A DNA stretch of 64,000 nt from Treponemataceae bacterium (GCA_963678065.2 CAXXVZ010000003.1:1888001-1952000); one strand, 5' to 3'. Counted from the first letter of the stretch, positions 48,351 to 58,964 are shown. Program-made: numbers and translations. The notes: generated by a model from the sequence alone, not told the origin.

Positions 48351-48560
48351 ATCGCCACGAAACCTGAATCTACAGGCGAGTTCTTCTCCTTCACCCTCTT
48401 CAAGCGTACGGGCAAGGACGGCAAGGTCGTCATCTATGCCCGTCTCATCGAAAAGGCGACGGGCACGATCCCCGCCCAGCGGTCCACCGGCACTGACGAC
48501 GAGCGCCTGGCCGCGGCCAGGGCGGGCCGATTCCTCGTCGAGCTTCCCCTCGCCATAGCA
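48351..48560 (+). pseudogene. Integrase N-terminal remnant 1
   Basis: FSFTLFKRTGKDGKVVIYARLIEKATG...RSTGTDDERLA resembles the KSTGTSDR arm-binding region of the 4843 integrase; start codon degenerate (ATC). Confidence 0.6.
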
Positions 48561-48565
48561 TGCGC

Positions 48566-49732
48566 CTATGATCTAAAAATTTCGCTAGCGGATCCCCATG
48601 GAACGAGAACCACATCCTTCCATTTCATGCCGCGCTCGCCGGCATACACTAACATGCAATCTGTAGGTGTAGCTCCCGAGTAACGCATCCACGACTCAAG
48701 TCCAGAAACGAGCTCAGGAGCGAAGGTCTTCCCCGACTTGATCTCCACGGCTTTCGCTCTCTGCCCATCCAGGAAGACTATATCGACCTCAACGCCCGTG
48801 CTGTCTCTCCAGAAATAGATGTCCGGATCGAGGCCCTGGCTGTAGCGTGCTTTTAATAGCTCCGCCACGATGAAGGACTCGAAGATATTTCCGCGGTTGG
48901 GATGAACGAAGAGTTCCTCGGCGCTTTTTATTCCAAGGAGCCGACTAGCCAGACCGGTATCCACGAAGTAGAGCTTCGGGCTCTTCACGAGGCGCTTGCC
49001 ATAGTTCTCATGGTAGGGTCTGAGCAGATAGACGATGCCGCTCGTCTCGAGCACCGAGAGCCAGGCTCTAGCCGTGTTATGGGTCAGCCCGCAATCGAGT
49101 GCCAAAGCGCTCAGGTTGAGAAGCTGCCCGACGCGCGACGCGCACATCTTCACGAAGGTCTGGAATTGTCCTAGATCTTTGACGTTGATGATGGATCGCA
49201 CATCGCGCTCGACGTAGGAAGCGATGTAGCTCGTATACCAATCGTAGGGGCTGACCTCGCGGTCGAAGAGAGGCGGATAGAAGCCTTTCACGATCGCCAC
49301 GAAGGGATCGGTGGCTAGTTTCTTCGAAGAGCGGAGCTCTTCTGTCGAGAATGGAAGGAGCGTAAGGAAGGCAGCCCGTCCGGCGAGGGACTCGGCGACT
49401 CCCGAGAGAAGTCCGAATTGCTGGGAACCCGTCACGATGTATTTTCCGGGCTTAGGATCGACATCGACAGCGGTCTTGAGATACGTGAATATCTCGGGCA
49501 CTGTTTGAGCCTCGTCGAGGATGAGGCCATCGCGATAGCTATCCAGAAGCCCTCGCGGGTCTTCCTTAGCGAGACGAGCGATATCGGGATCCTCCAGGGA
49601 TAGGTACGGCTTATCGGGGAAAGTAGCGCGCGCTAGCGTCGTTTTCCCGGATTGCCTGGGGCCGGTGATACAAAGGACCGGGAATCCCTTCTCGAGGCGC
49701 TTTAGGGTCTTGGCAGCTTGTCGAGCTATCAT
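48566..49732 (-). CDS. AAA_14 ATPase with DUF4143 domain
   Basis: GPRQSGKT, LDEAQ, TGSQQ, ESLAGR, KSPKLYFVDTGL, EVD...EIK. Confidence 0.9.
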   Translation of the reverse strand: MIARQAAKTLKRLEKGFPVLCITGPRQSGKTTLARATFPDKPYLSLEDPDIARLAKEDPRGLLDSYRDGLILDEAQTVPEIFTYLKTAVDVDPKPGKYIVTGSQQFGLLSGVAESLAGRAAFLTLLPFSTEELRSSKKLATDPFVAIVKGFYPPLFDREVSPYDWYTSYIASYVERDVRSIINVKDLGQFQTFVKMCASRVGQLLNLSALALDCGLTHNTARAWLSVLETSGIVYLLRPYHENYGKRLVKSPKLYFVDTGLASRLLGIKSAEELFVHPNRGNIFESFIVAELLKARYSQGLDPDIYFWRDSTGVEVDIVFLDGQRAKAVEIKSGKTFAPELVSGLESWMRYSGATPTDCMLVYAGERGMKWKDVVLVPWGSASEIFRS

Positions 49733-49738
49733 CCCATC

Positions 49739-49792
49739 AGTATATCGTTGTTTTGCAAATTGTCAATTGTGCTGACAATTTGCAAAACAACG
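49739..49792 (-). promoter_or_regulatory. Promoter with perfect 20-bp inverted-repeat operator
   Basis: CGTTGTTTTGCAAATTGTCA-N7-TGACAATTTGCAAAACAACG overlapping TTGACA-16 bp-TATACT. Confidence 0.75.
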
Positions 49793-50066
49793 TACGCCCT
49801 GGGACCTCTGAACTGTAACTGAAACTGCGACTGGAAAGGTACTCCGAGTGTAACTAATAGAACCAACTCCAATCAAAAGTTGGGGCCACAAGTCCCGGCT
49901 ACACCAGCACTTCAAAACTACAATCTATTACATAATATAGACTTATACAATTTTGTAGTCCATAGGTCGGGGTTCGAATCCCCATTCTCCACAAAAACTA
50001 CGTGATAGAATGCCCTTGGAAAGGGCACTGTGACTTGACAGTGCGACTGACCGGGGCGTTCCATAT

Positions 50067-50309
50067 ATGGCCACGGAACCTAAATCCGCAGGCGAGTTCT
50101 TCTCCTTCACCCTCTTCAAGCGTCCGGGCAAGGACGGCAAGGTCATCATCTATGCCCCTCTCATCGAAAAGTCGACGGGCACGATCCTCGCCCAGCGATC
50201 CACTGGCACTGACGATGAACGCAAGGCGGCAACCAAGGCGCCACTGCATTCTTCCATCTCAGCCCTCGCGTCCTACTGCGGCGTCGGACACCGCACGGAG
50301 AGGTTCTAG
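50067..50309 (+). pseudogene. Integrase N-terminal remnant 2
   Basis: Paralogous to 48351-48560; lies directly after the second att copy. Confidence 0.6.
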
Positions 50310-50781
50310 CCATGGCCAAGCTCACTATGACCACCAAGCGCGAGAAGGCCAACGGCTTCGATTCTTCCAATCACCCGCGCGATACCAGACATTCGCGCTC
50401 CTAAGTGTCGGTTTCCCGATATATGATAACGAACTGTCTGTTGTTTATTCACGACATAATATTTACATTCCTATCTATGGAAAAACGACACGGCGCTCGA
50501 TTGAGTGGCGAGGAGGAGCTATGCCGACATCTGGGGCCATTCCCTATCGGGGCAAAGACCATGGCAGCTTCGAGGAAGAATGGGGTATCCATAAGGGTTG
50601 CTCGGAATCGTTATGTGGTCAAGCCGCTCATGGAAGGTCAGATGAATCTGGGTTATTACGAATTGTTGGCCGGTATCTGGGACGAAGCCGAAAAGCAGGT
50701 TGGGCTCTGCTTCGTCGAACTTTTACCTGGCGTCTACAACGAAAAGTTTCCGGATACGGTGTTCAAAAGGGGAGCAAAGGA

Positions 50782-51609
50782 ATGAAGGCCGTCTTTTTCA
50801 CCGGCGCGACCGGAGGCCTCGGCGAATCCTGCGTCCGGGAGCTCGCCCAACGCGGATGGACAGTGTTCGCGGCCGGAACCAACGAAGGAAAACTGAGGGA
50901 GCTTGCCGTCAATCCGAACATAATCCCTATCAGGATGGATGTTGCGGACCTCGACAGCATAAAGGCCGCGCACGAGGTGGTGCTGAGCCGCACGGACAGA
51001 CTGGACGCCCTCGTCAATTTCGCGGGACTCACCGCGTTCACTTCGATGGTCGAGGGCGAAGCGATAGCAATGACGGAACGCTTGCTCGATGTGAACGTCA
51101 TGGGACCGGTGCGCGTCAACTATGTCTTCTTCGATATGATCGAAAAAGGCCATGGCAGGATCGTCAACTGTTCGTCCTCCGCCGGCTGGATGAAGGCGCA
51201 GCCCTTCGCGGGGCCCTATGTCCTGTCCAAATGGGCGCTCGAGGGTTACAACGACAGCCTTAGGCGGGAACTGATGTACCTCGACATCCCCGTCATAAAG
51301 ATACAGCCTGGTTCCTTCAGGACGAAGATTTCAGGGGTAGTAATGGAAGGTTTCGACCGGGCGCTCGCCGGGACGAAGCGCTACCGGTACGTGCTCAACA
51401 AGATGAAGCCGCTGATGGATGCGATACTGAGACGTTCAGGCGATCCTCAAAAACTCGCGATGGTCGTCGTGAAAGCGCTGGAAGCGAAAAGACCGCGACT
51501 TCAGTATCGCAAAGCCTCGGGCCTTCTTTCCTTGCTGGAAATCTTGCCCGAAAGAGGAGTCGATGGCGTGTACAAATTGTTCGGCAAGAAGAGGCGCAAA
51601 AATGGCTGA
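50782..51609 (+). CDS. SDR-family oxidoreductase
   Basis: TGATGGLG, VNFAG, YVLSK. Confidence 0.9.
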   Translation: MKAVFFTGATGGLGESCVRELAQRGWTVFAAGTNEGKLRELAVNPNIIPIRMDVADLDSIKAAHEVVLSRTDRLDALVNFAGLTAFTSMVEGEAIAMTERLLDVNVMGPVRVNYVFFDMIEKGHGRIVNCSSSAGWMKAQPFAGPYVLSKWALEGYNDSLRRELMYLDIPVIKIQPGSFRTKISGVVMEGFDRALAGTKRYRYVLNKMKPLMDAILRRSGDPQKLAMVVVKALEAKRPRLQYRKASGLLSLLEILPERGVDGVYKLFGKKRRKNG

Positions 51610-51745
51610 GTTGTGTCTCCTGACGGGGGCGTCCGGAAACCTGGGCTCCAGCATATCCCGAAGGTTTTTCGCCGTGCCGGAGGGCTGCGCGCAAATCCAC
51701 CCGATCCGGCCTATCCAGCCGTAGGTCCGATATGGAGTGAGGAAG

Positions 51746-52621
51746 TCAGTCTTCCTCCTTTCTGTACGCTTTCCCGCCAGCCGACGGCGAACGCGTCCTT
51801 CCGACAAAGCCTGCGAGGACGATGACTGCGAGGACGTAGGGAATCATCTGGACGAACTGGGTAGGAATTGGAATGCTCGCACCGAAAAAGAACCGGATTG
51901 TGTCGGAGAAGCCGAAGAGCATCGAGGCGGCGACGGCGCCGATCGGATTCCATCTTCCGAAGACCATCGCCGCGATGGCGATGAAGCCGCGGCCGCCTGT
52001 CATGCCTGAGACCCACTGGCGAGGATACAGCACCGCGGCGGACAGACCGCACATCACACCCGAGAGAATGACGCCGGCGTATCGCATGAACACCACGTTT
52101 ATTCCCAGCGTATCCGCGGCCCCGGGGTTTTCGCCCACCGATCTCAGGCGGAGTCCGAATACCGTGCGGTACAGGATGAACCATACGAGAGCTGTGATCG
52201 GCAAGAGAAGCAGCCCGAAGGTGTTTATTCCATGCCATGTGGGAAAAGAAAATGGATTCATGGGGGACTGAGTCTCCTGCCCGAATAGGTACTGTGACAG
52301 GAACCTGGATATGCCCAGCGCGAATATGTTGATGGCGGTGCCGGAGATGATCTGGTTGACCTTGTAGGTGATAGTCACTACGCCATGTATGGCAGCGACT
52401 AGGGCGCCGAGGATGATCGCGAGGAGCAGGCCGGCTCCTATACTTCCGGAAAGCAGCGAACCCCAGACGATCCCGAAGGACGTCACGATCATGATACCCT
52501 CGAGCGCGATGTTGAAGACACCCGCTTTCTCCGTAAAAATCGCGCCCAGCGCGGCGAAGGCGATCGGCGCGGAGGTGTCCAGTCCGCGCAGAATGAATTC
52601 GAAGACCGCTGACGAATCCAT
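51746..52621 (-). CDS. Nucleoside/sugar ABC permease
   Basis: EKAGVFNIALEG, GLRLRSVGENPGAADTLG. Confidence 0.9.
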   Translation of the reverse strand: MDSSAVFEFILRGLDTSAPIAFAALGAIFTEKAGVFNIALEGIMIVTSFGIVWGSLLSGSIGAGLLLAIILGALVAAIHGVVTITYKVNQIISGTAINIFALGISRFLSQYLFGQETQSPMNPFSFPTWHGINTFGLLLLPITALVWFILYRTVFGLRLRSVGENPGAADTLGINVVFMRYAGVILSGVMCGLSAAVLYPRQWVSGMTGGRGFIAIAAMVFGRWNPIGAVAASMLFGFSDTIRFFFGASIPIPTQFVQMIPYVLAVIVLAGFVGRTRSPSAGGKAYRKEED

Positions 52622-53716
52622 CTATGCCGCCTCCCTTTTGAGCTTGTTGCGAATATATCCGCCCATGAGTTCGTTGCTGACGACGATTATTATGATCATC
52701 AGGCCGGTGACGACATCTATGACGGAATTCGGAACCAGAGTGTAGAGTTGCAAGCCATAGCCGGCTTGTTTGAGGAAGGCGAAGAGCAGCGCCGAGAAGA
52801 CTATCCCGACCGGCGAATTCCCCCCTAAGAGAGATACAGCGATTCCGTTGAGCCCCAATCCAGACGCCAGCGCGTAGGTGTACACCCCGCGGATCGCGAA
52901 TATCTCCTGAAGACCGATGAGACCCGCGAGCGCCCCCGATGCAAGAATGACGCCTATCTGGATTTTTTTGACTCTGATCCCGGTGTACATGGAGACATTG
53001 AGGCTCGTCCCGACCGCTCGAATGTCGAAACCCACGCGGAGGCGGAAAAGCAGAAACCAGACCACGATACCCGCGATCGCCGCGATTATCAGGCTGTAGT
53101 CGAGATAGACATTGTCCGGAACATTCCAGCCGATTGCGCGGAATACGGGATTGAGCTTATGGAACATCGCCGTCGATCTGATCGGTTTCGTCTGAGCCTC
53201 GAGGCTTGTCGTTCCGACTAGCCCGGAGAATGGCCCGTTCACCAGGTAGTTGACGAGGATGAGCGCAATATTGTTAAACATGATCGTAGTGATGACTTCG
53301 TGGATACCCTTCGTCGCCTTCATGATCGCCGGGACAAAGGACCACATCGCTCCGCCGAGCATCGCGCAGAGGACGACGACAGGCACATGAATCCACGCGG
53401 GGAGATTGAGGTATATTCCAGCCAGCGCGCCGGTGAAGCCGCCTATGAAATACTGTCCCTCGACGCCGATGTTGAAAACGCCGGCGCGGAACCCGAAAGC
53501 AACCGCGATGCCCGCGAGATAGAGGGGAATCGCGGTCGACAGAATGTTTGCTACGCGCGATGTCCTGGAAAAAGTCATCTTCCAGATAGCCTCGACGGCG
53601 TTGCCAGGACTCTCGCCGATGAGCACTACGATGACGAGAAGCATCGCCATCGATGCCAGGAAGCTGACAAAAGGGATCGCCAGCTTCAAAATCGAGTATT
53701 TGTTCATTCGCGGCAT
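52622..53716 (-). CDS. Nucleoside/sugar ABC permease
   Basis: FRAGVFNIGVEGQ, HEVITTIMFN. Confidence 0.9.
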   Translation of the reverse strand: MPRMNKYSILKLAIPFVSFLASMAMLLVIVVLIGESPGNAVEAIWKMTFSRTSRVANILSTAIPLYLAGIAVAFGFRAGVFNIGVEGQYFIGGFTGALAGIYLNLPAWIHVPVVVLCAMLGGAMWSFVPAIMKATKGIHEVITTIMFNNIALILVNYLVNGPFSGLVGTTSLEAQTKPIRSTAMFHKLNPVFRAIGWNVPDNVYLDYSLIIAAIAGIVVWFLLFRLRVGFDIRAVGTSLNVSMYTGIRVKKIQIGVILASGALAGLIGLQEIFAIRGVYTYALASGLGLNGIAVSLLGGNSPVGIVFSALLFAFLKQAGYGLQLYTLVPNSVIDVVTGLMIIIIVVSNELMGGYIRNKLKREAA

Positions 53717-55290
53717 TCATTGTCCCCCATCATGTAGAAGCCCACTTCTTCTTTCGTCGTGGCGGTACGGTCGAATTCTTTTACGAGACGGCCCTTGTAC
53801 ATGACGCCGATGCGATCCGAGAGGGACATGATCTCATCGAGGTCGGCCGATACGAGTAAGACTGCGGTCCCGGCGGTTTTGGCCAGGATCAATTGATTGT
53901 AGATGAATTCGGTCGCGCCGATATCGACGCCTCGCGTGGGTTGATTCGCGAGGAGGAGTCGCGGTTTAGAGTTCAGTTCGCGCGCGATGATGACCTTCTG
54001 CTGGTTTCCGCCCGAAAGGGCGTGGGCTGGCAGACTCACATCGTGCGGGCGGATGTCGAACTCGTCGATAAGCTTCTTCGCGTTGACCATTATCTGTTTG
54101 CTGTTCTGTATCCCGGCGCCGTTCACGTATGGCTTCTTGTGGTGCACGCCCAGCATGAGATTGTCCGAAAGCGGATAGGACAGGAATACTCCGTACTTGC
54201 GCCTGTCTTCCGGAATATGCGACATGCCGACGTCCCTTCGTCTGCGCACGTCGAGATCGACGATGTTTTTTCCATCCAGGAAAATGCTTCCGCTGAGCCT
54301 GTCCGCGCCGTAGGCGATGGCGTTCACGAGTTCGGATTGTCCGTTGCCTTCGACGCCGGCGATCCCGTAAATTTCTCCTTCGTGAACTTCGAGAGATATG
54401 CCGTGGAGTATTCTGTTCCTGACGCTATTGACCAGCGACAGACCTGATATCTCGAGGACAGTCTTTCCTGCGGATAGCCGCGGATTCTGTACATTCAGAA
54501 GGACTGGCCTGCCGACCATCATCTGGGCGATCATGGCTTTGGTAGCCCCGCTTCTTTGCAGAGTCTCGACGACCTTCCCCCTGCGGATGACTGTAATGCG
54601 GTCTGCGATGTCCAGCACTTCGTCGAGCTTGTGGCTTATAAAAATTATACTTTTCCCCTGACTGCACAGGAGGCGGAAGATTTTGAATAATTCCGCTGTC
54701 TCCTGTGGCGTCAGAACGGAGGTTGGCTCGTCGAATATCAGAATTTCCGCGCCCCGGTAGAGAGTTTTGAGGATTTCCACGCGCTGTTGCAGGCCCACGG
54801 GGAGCTCCTCCACAATCTGACCGGAATTCACGCACAAGTTGTTGCCGTCGATGAGTTCCTGAACGACTTCTCTGTCTTTTTTGTAATCCAGGATTCCGAA
54901 CCGCGATGTCTCCGCGCCGAGAATTATGTTCTCCAGCACGCTGAATGTCGGCACGAGCATGAAATGCTGATGCACCATCCCAATTCCATTGGCTATGGCT
55001 TCTCTGGGGCCCTTGATGTTTACGCGGTCCCCCCGGATGGATATATTCCCCCTGTCGGGAGAGTACAGTCCGTAGAGGATTTTCATGAGCGTGCTTTTTC
55101 CGGCTCCGTTTTCGCCTACCAGCGCCAGTATTTCACCCTCATATAGTTCGAGGTCGATATCGCTGTTGGCGACGACTCCGGCGAATTCTTTGGTAATGCC
55201 TTCCATTCTCAGGACTGCGGAGGTTGCCGTTGTCCGTTTCGACGCATGAACTGTCGGGGAATTCATATCTTTTGCAGAGGCCCCAGGCAT
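53704..55290 (-). CDS. Nucleoside/sugar ABC ATP-binding protein (double domain)
   Basis: GENGAGKST, DEPT, LSGGNQQK, QPTRGVD. Confidence 0.95.
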   Translation of the reverse strand: MPGASAKDMNSPTVHASKRTTATSAVLRMEGITKEFAGVVANSDIDLELYEGEILALVGENGAGKSTLMKILYGLYSPDRGNISIRGDRVNIKGPREAIANGIGMVHQHFMLVPTFSVLENIILGAETSRFGILDYKKDREVVQELIDGNNLCVNSGQIVEELPVGLQQRVEILKTLYRGAEILIFDEPTSVLTPQETAELFKIFRLLCSQGKSIIFISHKLDEVLDIADRITVIRRGKVVETLQRSGATKAMIAQMMVGRPVLLNVQNPRLSAGKTVLEISGLSLVNSVRNRILHGISLEVHEGEIYGIAGVEGNGQSELVNAIAYGADRLSGSIFLDGKNIVDLDVRRRRDVGMSHIPEDRRKYGVFLSYPLSDNLMLGVHHKKPYVNGAGIQNSKQIMVNAKKLIDEFDIRPHDVSLPAHALSGGNQQKVIIARELNSKPRLLLANQPTRGVDIGATEFIYNQLILAKTAGTAVLLVSADLDEIMSLSDRIGVMYKGRLVKEFDRTATTKEEVGFYMMGDNECRE

Positions 55291-55314
55291 CGTTCTCTCC
55301 TCATTATGAATAGA

Positions 55315-56457
55315 TCATTTCAACGCGTTTACGAATGCGGCCGTATCGGCGTCGTTGGATGGAACGACGATCTGCCCGGCGACGATCTTCGATTTGAGCG
55401 CTTCGATCTTCGCGGCGTAGGGGGAAAGCTTCGCCTGATTGAATTCGTTCACCGCAAGACCAACGCCATTGTCGGACAGACCAAATACTTTGTAGCCGCC
55501 TTTGACCCTGCCCTGTTCGATGAGATTCCTGGACAACACGAAGATGGATTGGTCCACACGCTTCAGCATCGAAGTGAGGATGTATTTCCCGACTTCCTTG
55601 GCGGTCGTATCTTTGTCGTTCGTCATATAGCTGTAGCCCTGATCGGTATCCACGCCTATGGCTTCTTTGCCGTAATACTTTGCCGCTTCGAAAAGCCCCG
55701 CCCCCGATCCGCCCGAGGCATGAAAGACTATTTCCGCGCCGGAATTGTACTGGGCGCTGGCGATCGCGGAAGCGGTCTTGGGATCGCGGAACGCTGTGGT
55801 ATCCTTCCCGACATACTGTGGAATTATCATGCCGGGTTTTCTCAGTCTGGAATTGACATATGTCGCGCCCGCGATGAATCCTGACTGGAATTTATGGACG
55901 AGGGGATTGTCCATTCCTCCCAAAAATCCCAATTTTGCGGCCGGCTTGTCGGATATCATAAGGCCGCATAACGCGCCGATGAGGAACGATCCTTCATGTT
56001 CGGCGAAGCTGATGCACGTGAGATTGGAGTCTTCGTTGAGACCCGCCACGGTACCGTCGATCAGTGCGAAATTCGTTTTCGGGAAATCCTTCGCGACCTT
56101 CTCTATGGAGCCCGTGAACGCGAAGCCGATCCCGAATACAAGGTTGTAGCCATCTTCCGCGAGCACGCGGAGAAGCTGTTCGCGGTCCTGGCCGCCTTGT
56201 TTGGGTTCGAGATACTTGAGCTCGATTTCCGTTCCGGAATTCACCTTGTCCGGATCACCCTTGATGTAGCCTTTGTAAGCCTGCGCCACAAGTTTCAGGC
56301 CGTTGTATGCGCCATCGTTGTACGACTTGTCACCTCTGCCCGCAATATCGAAGACGATGCCAATCCTGTATTTAGGCGGCTGCGCGCCTATCGCGGCGGG
56401 GATGCTCGCGAGAAAGACCAGAGAAATGGCGATCGCGATCATGACATTCTTCTTCAT
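55315..56457 (-). CDS. BMP/PnrA-family nucleoside-binding protein
   Basis: GDKSYN, FAEHEGSFL, IGVDTDQ, TSMLKRVD. Confidence 0.9.
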   Translation of the reverse strand: MKKNVMIAIAISLVFLASIPAAIGAQPPKYRIGIVFDIAGRGDKSYNDGAYNGLKLVAQAYKGYIKGDPDKVNSGTEIELKYLEPKQGGQDREQLLRVLAEDGYNLVFGIGFAFTGSIEKVAKDFPKTNFALIDGTVAGLNEDSNLTCISFAEHEGSFLIGALCGLMISDKPAAKLGFLGGMDNPLVHKFQSGFIAGATYVNSRLRKPGMIIPQYVGKDTTAFRDPKTASAIASAQYNSGAEIVFHASGGSGAGLFEAAKYYGKEAIGVDTDQGYSYMTNDKDTTAKEVGKYILTSMLKRVDQSIFVLSRNLIEQGRVKGGYKVFGLSDNGVGLAVNEFNQAKLSPYAAKIEALKSKIVAGQIVVPSNDADTAAFVNALK

Positions 56458-56594
56458 CGTAAGTCTCCTTTTTCCAGTTCTCTTTGAAAGATGGAAAACT
56501 CGGCAGAACGAAACGAGAATATGATCGAGCTATGAGGTATCCATAACTTTCCTCCTTATAGGGCCTGCAGCGATTTCGGCTGGCCAGATATATT

Positions 56595-57545
56595 TCAGAC
56601 GTTCATTCTGCCTACTCTTTGGCCGAAGAGCGTCAAGACCGAATCGCCCGAGACCTCCACGCAGACGCTTGCGACGCTGGAATCGCTCCAATAATGCTTG
56701 TCATCGCGGATAGTCATGCCCGCGGCGCTCGCCTCGGTCTGAACATGGATGGGTATTTTTTCCACCCTGAACAATCCTGGCTCGATGAGATATGCGATAA
56801 GTGTGGCGTCGTGGCAGTAGACCGAGTCGAGCATGCCGTGGTGCGAGGCGTACGCGCGTTGATAGAACGGTATGGTCTTCGCGATGAAATCCGTCGCCTT
56901 GTTCTTTTTCGAGCATAGTCGCTCCACGTAGGCGGCGGTCATTTCGATTCTGGTAGTGACATTCAACCCGACCAGCTCGACGTTCCATGACGCGCCGCAC
57001 ACGATTTTCGCGGATTCCGGGTCGTTGAAAAAATTTGCCTCGGCGATTGGCGTGGCGTTTCCGGGAATGGCGATGGCGCCGCCGAGCAAAATTATCCTCT
57101 GGGCGTATTTGGCGATGTCGGGATTGAGTCGCAGAGCGAGCGCGAGGTTCGTGACCGGTCCAAGACAGGCTACCGTGATCTCTCCAGGCTCCGCCATGAT
57201 CCGTTCGGCGATGAACTGGGCGGCTGGAATGGACGACGCGGTGGCATACGGTCTAGGCAACTGATCGGCTACGCCCCCCAATCCATCATCCCCGTGAAAC
57301 GCGCCGCTTCTTGGAGCGAGTGCGCGGGCGATCGGGCTGCCGCTTCCTTCGTAGACCTGGATGTCATGTCGGCCTGCCGCCGCGAGCACTGCCAGAATAT
57401 TCCTCGTCGAGTTTTTTACGTATGTGTTGCCGAATACGCTCGTAATCCCGAGGATGTCGAGTTCCTCCGACTCGAGGGCGAAGAAGAGAGCCATAGCATC
57501 ATCGATCCCGGCATCCGTATCGATGATCACCTTTTCTCGTTTCAT
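56595..57545 (-). CDS. Inosine-uridine preferring nucleoside hydrolase
   Basis: IIDTDAGIDD, HGDDGLG, GPVTNLA, GNATPIAEANF, HD; real start ATG 57545. Confidence 0.9.
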   Translation of the reverse strand: MKREKVIIDTDAGIDDAMALFFALESEELDILGITSVFGNTYVKNSTRNILAVLAAAGRHDIQVYEGSGSPIARALAPRSGAFHGDDGLGGVADQLPRPYATASSIPAAQFIAERIMAEPGEITVACLGPVTNLALALRLNPDIAKYAQRIILLGGAIAIPGNATPIAEANFFNDPESAKIVCGASWNVELVGLNVTTRIEMTAAYVERLCSKKNKATDFIAKTIPFYQRAYASHHGMLDSVYCHDATLIAYLIEPGLFRVEKIPIHVQTEASAAGMTIRDDKHYWSDSSVASVCVEVSGDSVLTLFGQRVGRMNV

Positions 57546-58915
57546 CTCCCTTCCTCGAGTGTGAATAGACCTGCATCGGTCAATCGCCTCTGAAGGCGCT
57601 TTACGTCGAGCCGACGCGGGGCTATTCCTTCCTGAACCGACATGGCGGCGGCGGTGCCGGCCGCCTGCCCCATCTGCATGCATATGGGAATGTTGATCCC
57701 CGGAATGCGCGCGTCTTTGGCGGTGGAAAAGCATCTTCCGGCGACGATGAGATTGTCGATGTCGAGAGGGATCAACGATCGGTACGGGATATCGAATTCT
57801 ATGGATTTGATGTGGAGTGTCCGATGATCCAGATTGGCGTGCGCCTTTACGACTACGTCCTCGAATCTCTTGCTGCCGTGGATATCCTCGGCGGAGAGCA
57901 CGTATTCTCCTATGGCCTTTCTGCTTCCCCAGATGGCGAGAGACGATCCCGAATAGACTATGTAGGCTTCTCCAAAGCCTGGAATGTACTTTCTCAGGAA
58001 ATCGAGGAGTATATTGTTCCGTCTCCTCGCTTCCCGCTCCCCCCTCGTCAGGGAAAAGACATCCGTCCCATCGCAGCTGACTGGCGCCCCATATCCGATC
58101 ATCGCGGTTCCTCTCTCGGGGAATATGCCGTCTATCCGCAGATAGCGGCGTTTCCCCTCCAGCGTACCCTCTGTCTCCAGCAAATTGTCGGGAACGCACA
58201 TCATGTCGTCTTCGAGATCGCCATTCACCATCGCCCGCTCCACGAGGTCGAAGAACCCCGCCATGCGAATCAGCGGCTTCGATAGGTCGGTCTCGCATAT
58301 CTGCGTCGGATTGGCCTTCATGTATCCTATGAGCTTTTCCATGTCGATATTCGCGACCCGCGCCCCGAGAATTCCTCCGACGGGAACGTTGATATATGGA
58401 GCCCCGGAGAGGGCGATTATGTCGGCGTCCCCCGTGGTGTCTATGACGATCCTGGCATGTACCCTGAAGATTCCCGACTTGTTGGCGATTATCAAACCGA
58501 CTATCTTCTTCGCGTCCACGATCGCGTCTATTACGTTCGTATAGAGGAGCACCTGGACTCCAGAATCGAATACTTTTTCCAAAGCGAGTTCTTTGAAGGT
58601 CTCGGGGTTGAAAGGAAAGGCTACATCGGGCTCGCCCAAGTCCGTCGCCTCGCCCAACCTCACCAAGTCATCAAGAATCTCCTTTTGGATTCCCGTCATG
58701 TATCTATAGCCCCCGCCGCCGAACTGGATGATGAGGCCCGAGGTCATCGTCCCGCCTAAACAATTGCCGCGTTCCACCAGGAGTGTCTTCATCCCGCTCC
58801 TGGCCGCCGCTATCGCCGCGACTATTCCCGCGGTGCCACCTCCCGCGACGACCACGTCGAACTCGAGGTTCTCCATTTTTGCCTCATTCATCGCAGAGCC
58901 CAGTTTAATCGTCAT
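57542..58915 (-). CDS. FAD-dependent oxidoreductase (FAD_oxidored family)
   Basis: DVVVAGGGTAG, IDTTGDAD, IPYRSLIP...NLIVAGRCFS, GQAAGTAA. Confidence 0.85.
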   Translation of the reverse strand: MTIKLGSAMNEAKMENLEFDVVVAGGGTAGIVAAIAAARSGMKTLLVERGNCLGGTMTSGLIIQFGGGGYRYMTGIQKEILDDLVRLGEATDLGEPDVAFPFNPETFKELALEKVFDSGVQVLLYTNVIDAIVDAKKIVGLIIANKSGIFRVHARIVIDTTGDADIIALSGAPYINVPVGGILGARVANIDMEKLIGYMKANPTQICETDLSKPLIRMAGFFDLVERAMVNGDLEDDMMCVPDNLLETEGTLEGKRRYLRIDGIFPERGTAMIGYGAPVSCDGTDVFSLTRGEREARRRNNILLDFLRKYIPGFGEAYIVYSGSSLAIWGSRKAIGEYVLSAEDIHGSKRFEDVVVKAHANLDHRTLHIKSIEFDIPYRSLIPLDIDNLIVAGRCFSTAKDARIPGINIPICMQMGQAAGTAAAMSVQEGIAPRRLDVKRLQRRLTDAGLFTLEEGR

Positions 58916-58964
58916 CAAATACTCCTTGCAGTTGTTGGTTTTCAGAGAATCAGCGAAAAGGAAG

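Larger units (their letters stand above)
48242..49994 (+). mobile_element. Decayed tRNA-Ala mini-island
   Basis: tRNA 3' end repeated at 49962-49994; contains an integrase 5' remnant and one cargo gene. Confidence 0.7.

Noticed and set aside
49962..49994. Second tRNA-Ala gene
   Set aside because: 3' fragment only, with a shortened T-stem.
50002..50781. Long N-terminal extension of the SDR and the 50405-50785 ORF
   Set aside because: Overlaps the integrase remnant and has no recognisable motifs; possibly decayed sequence that I cannot call.
57546..58298. N-terminal extension of the nucleoside hydrolase
   Set aside because: Out-of-frame overlap with the FAD oxidoreductase; a proper RBS precedes 57545.
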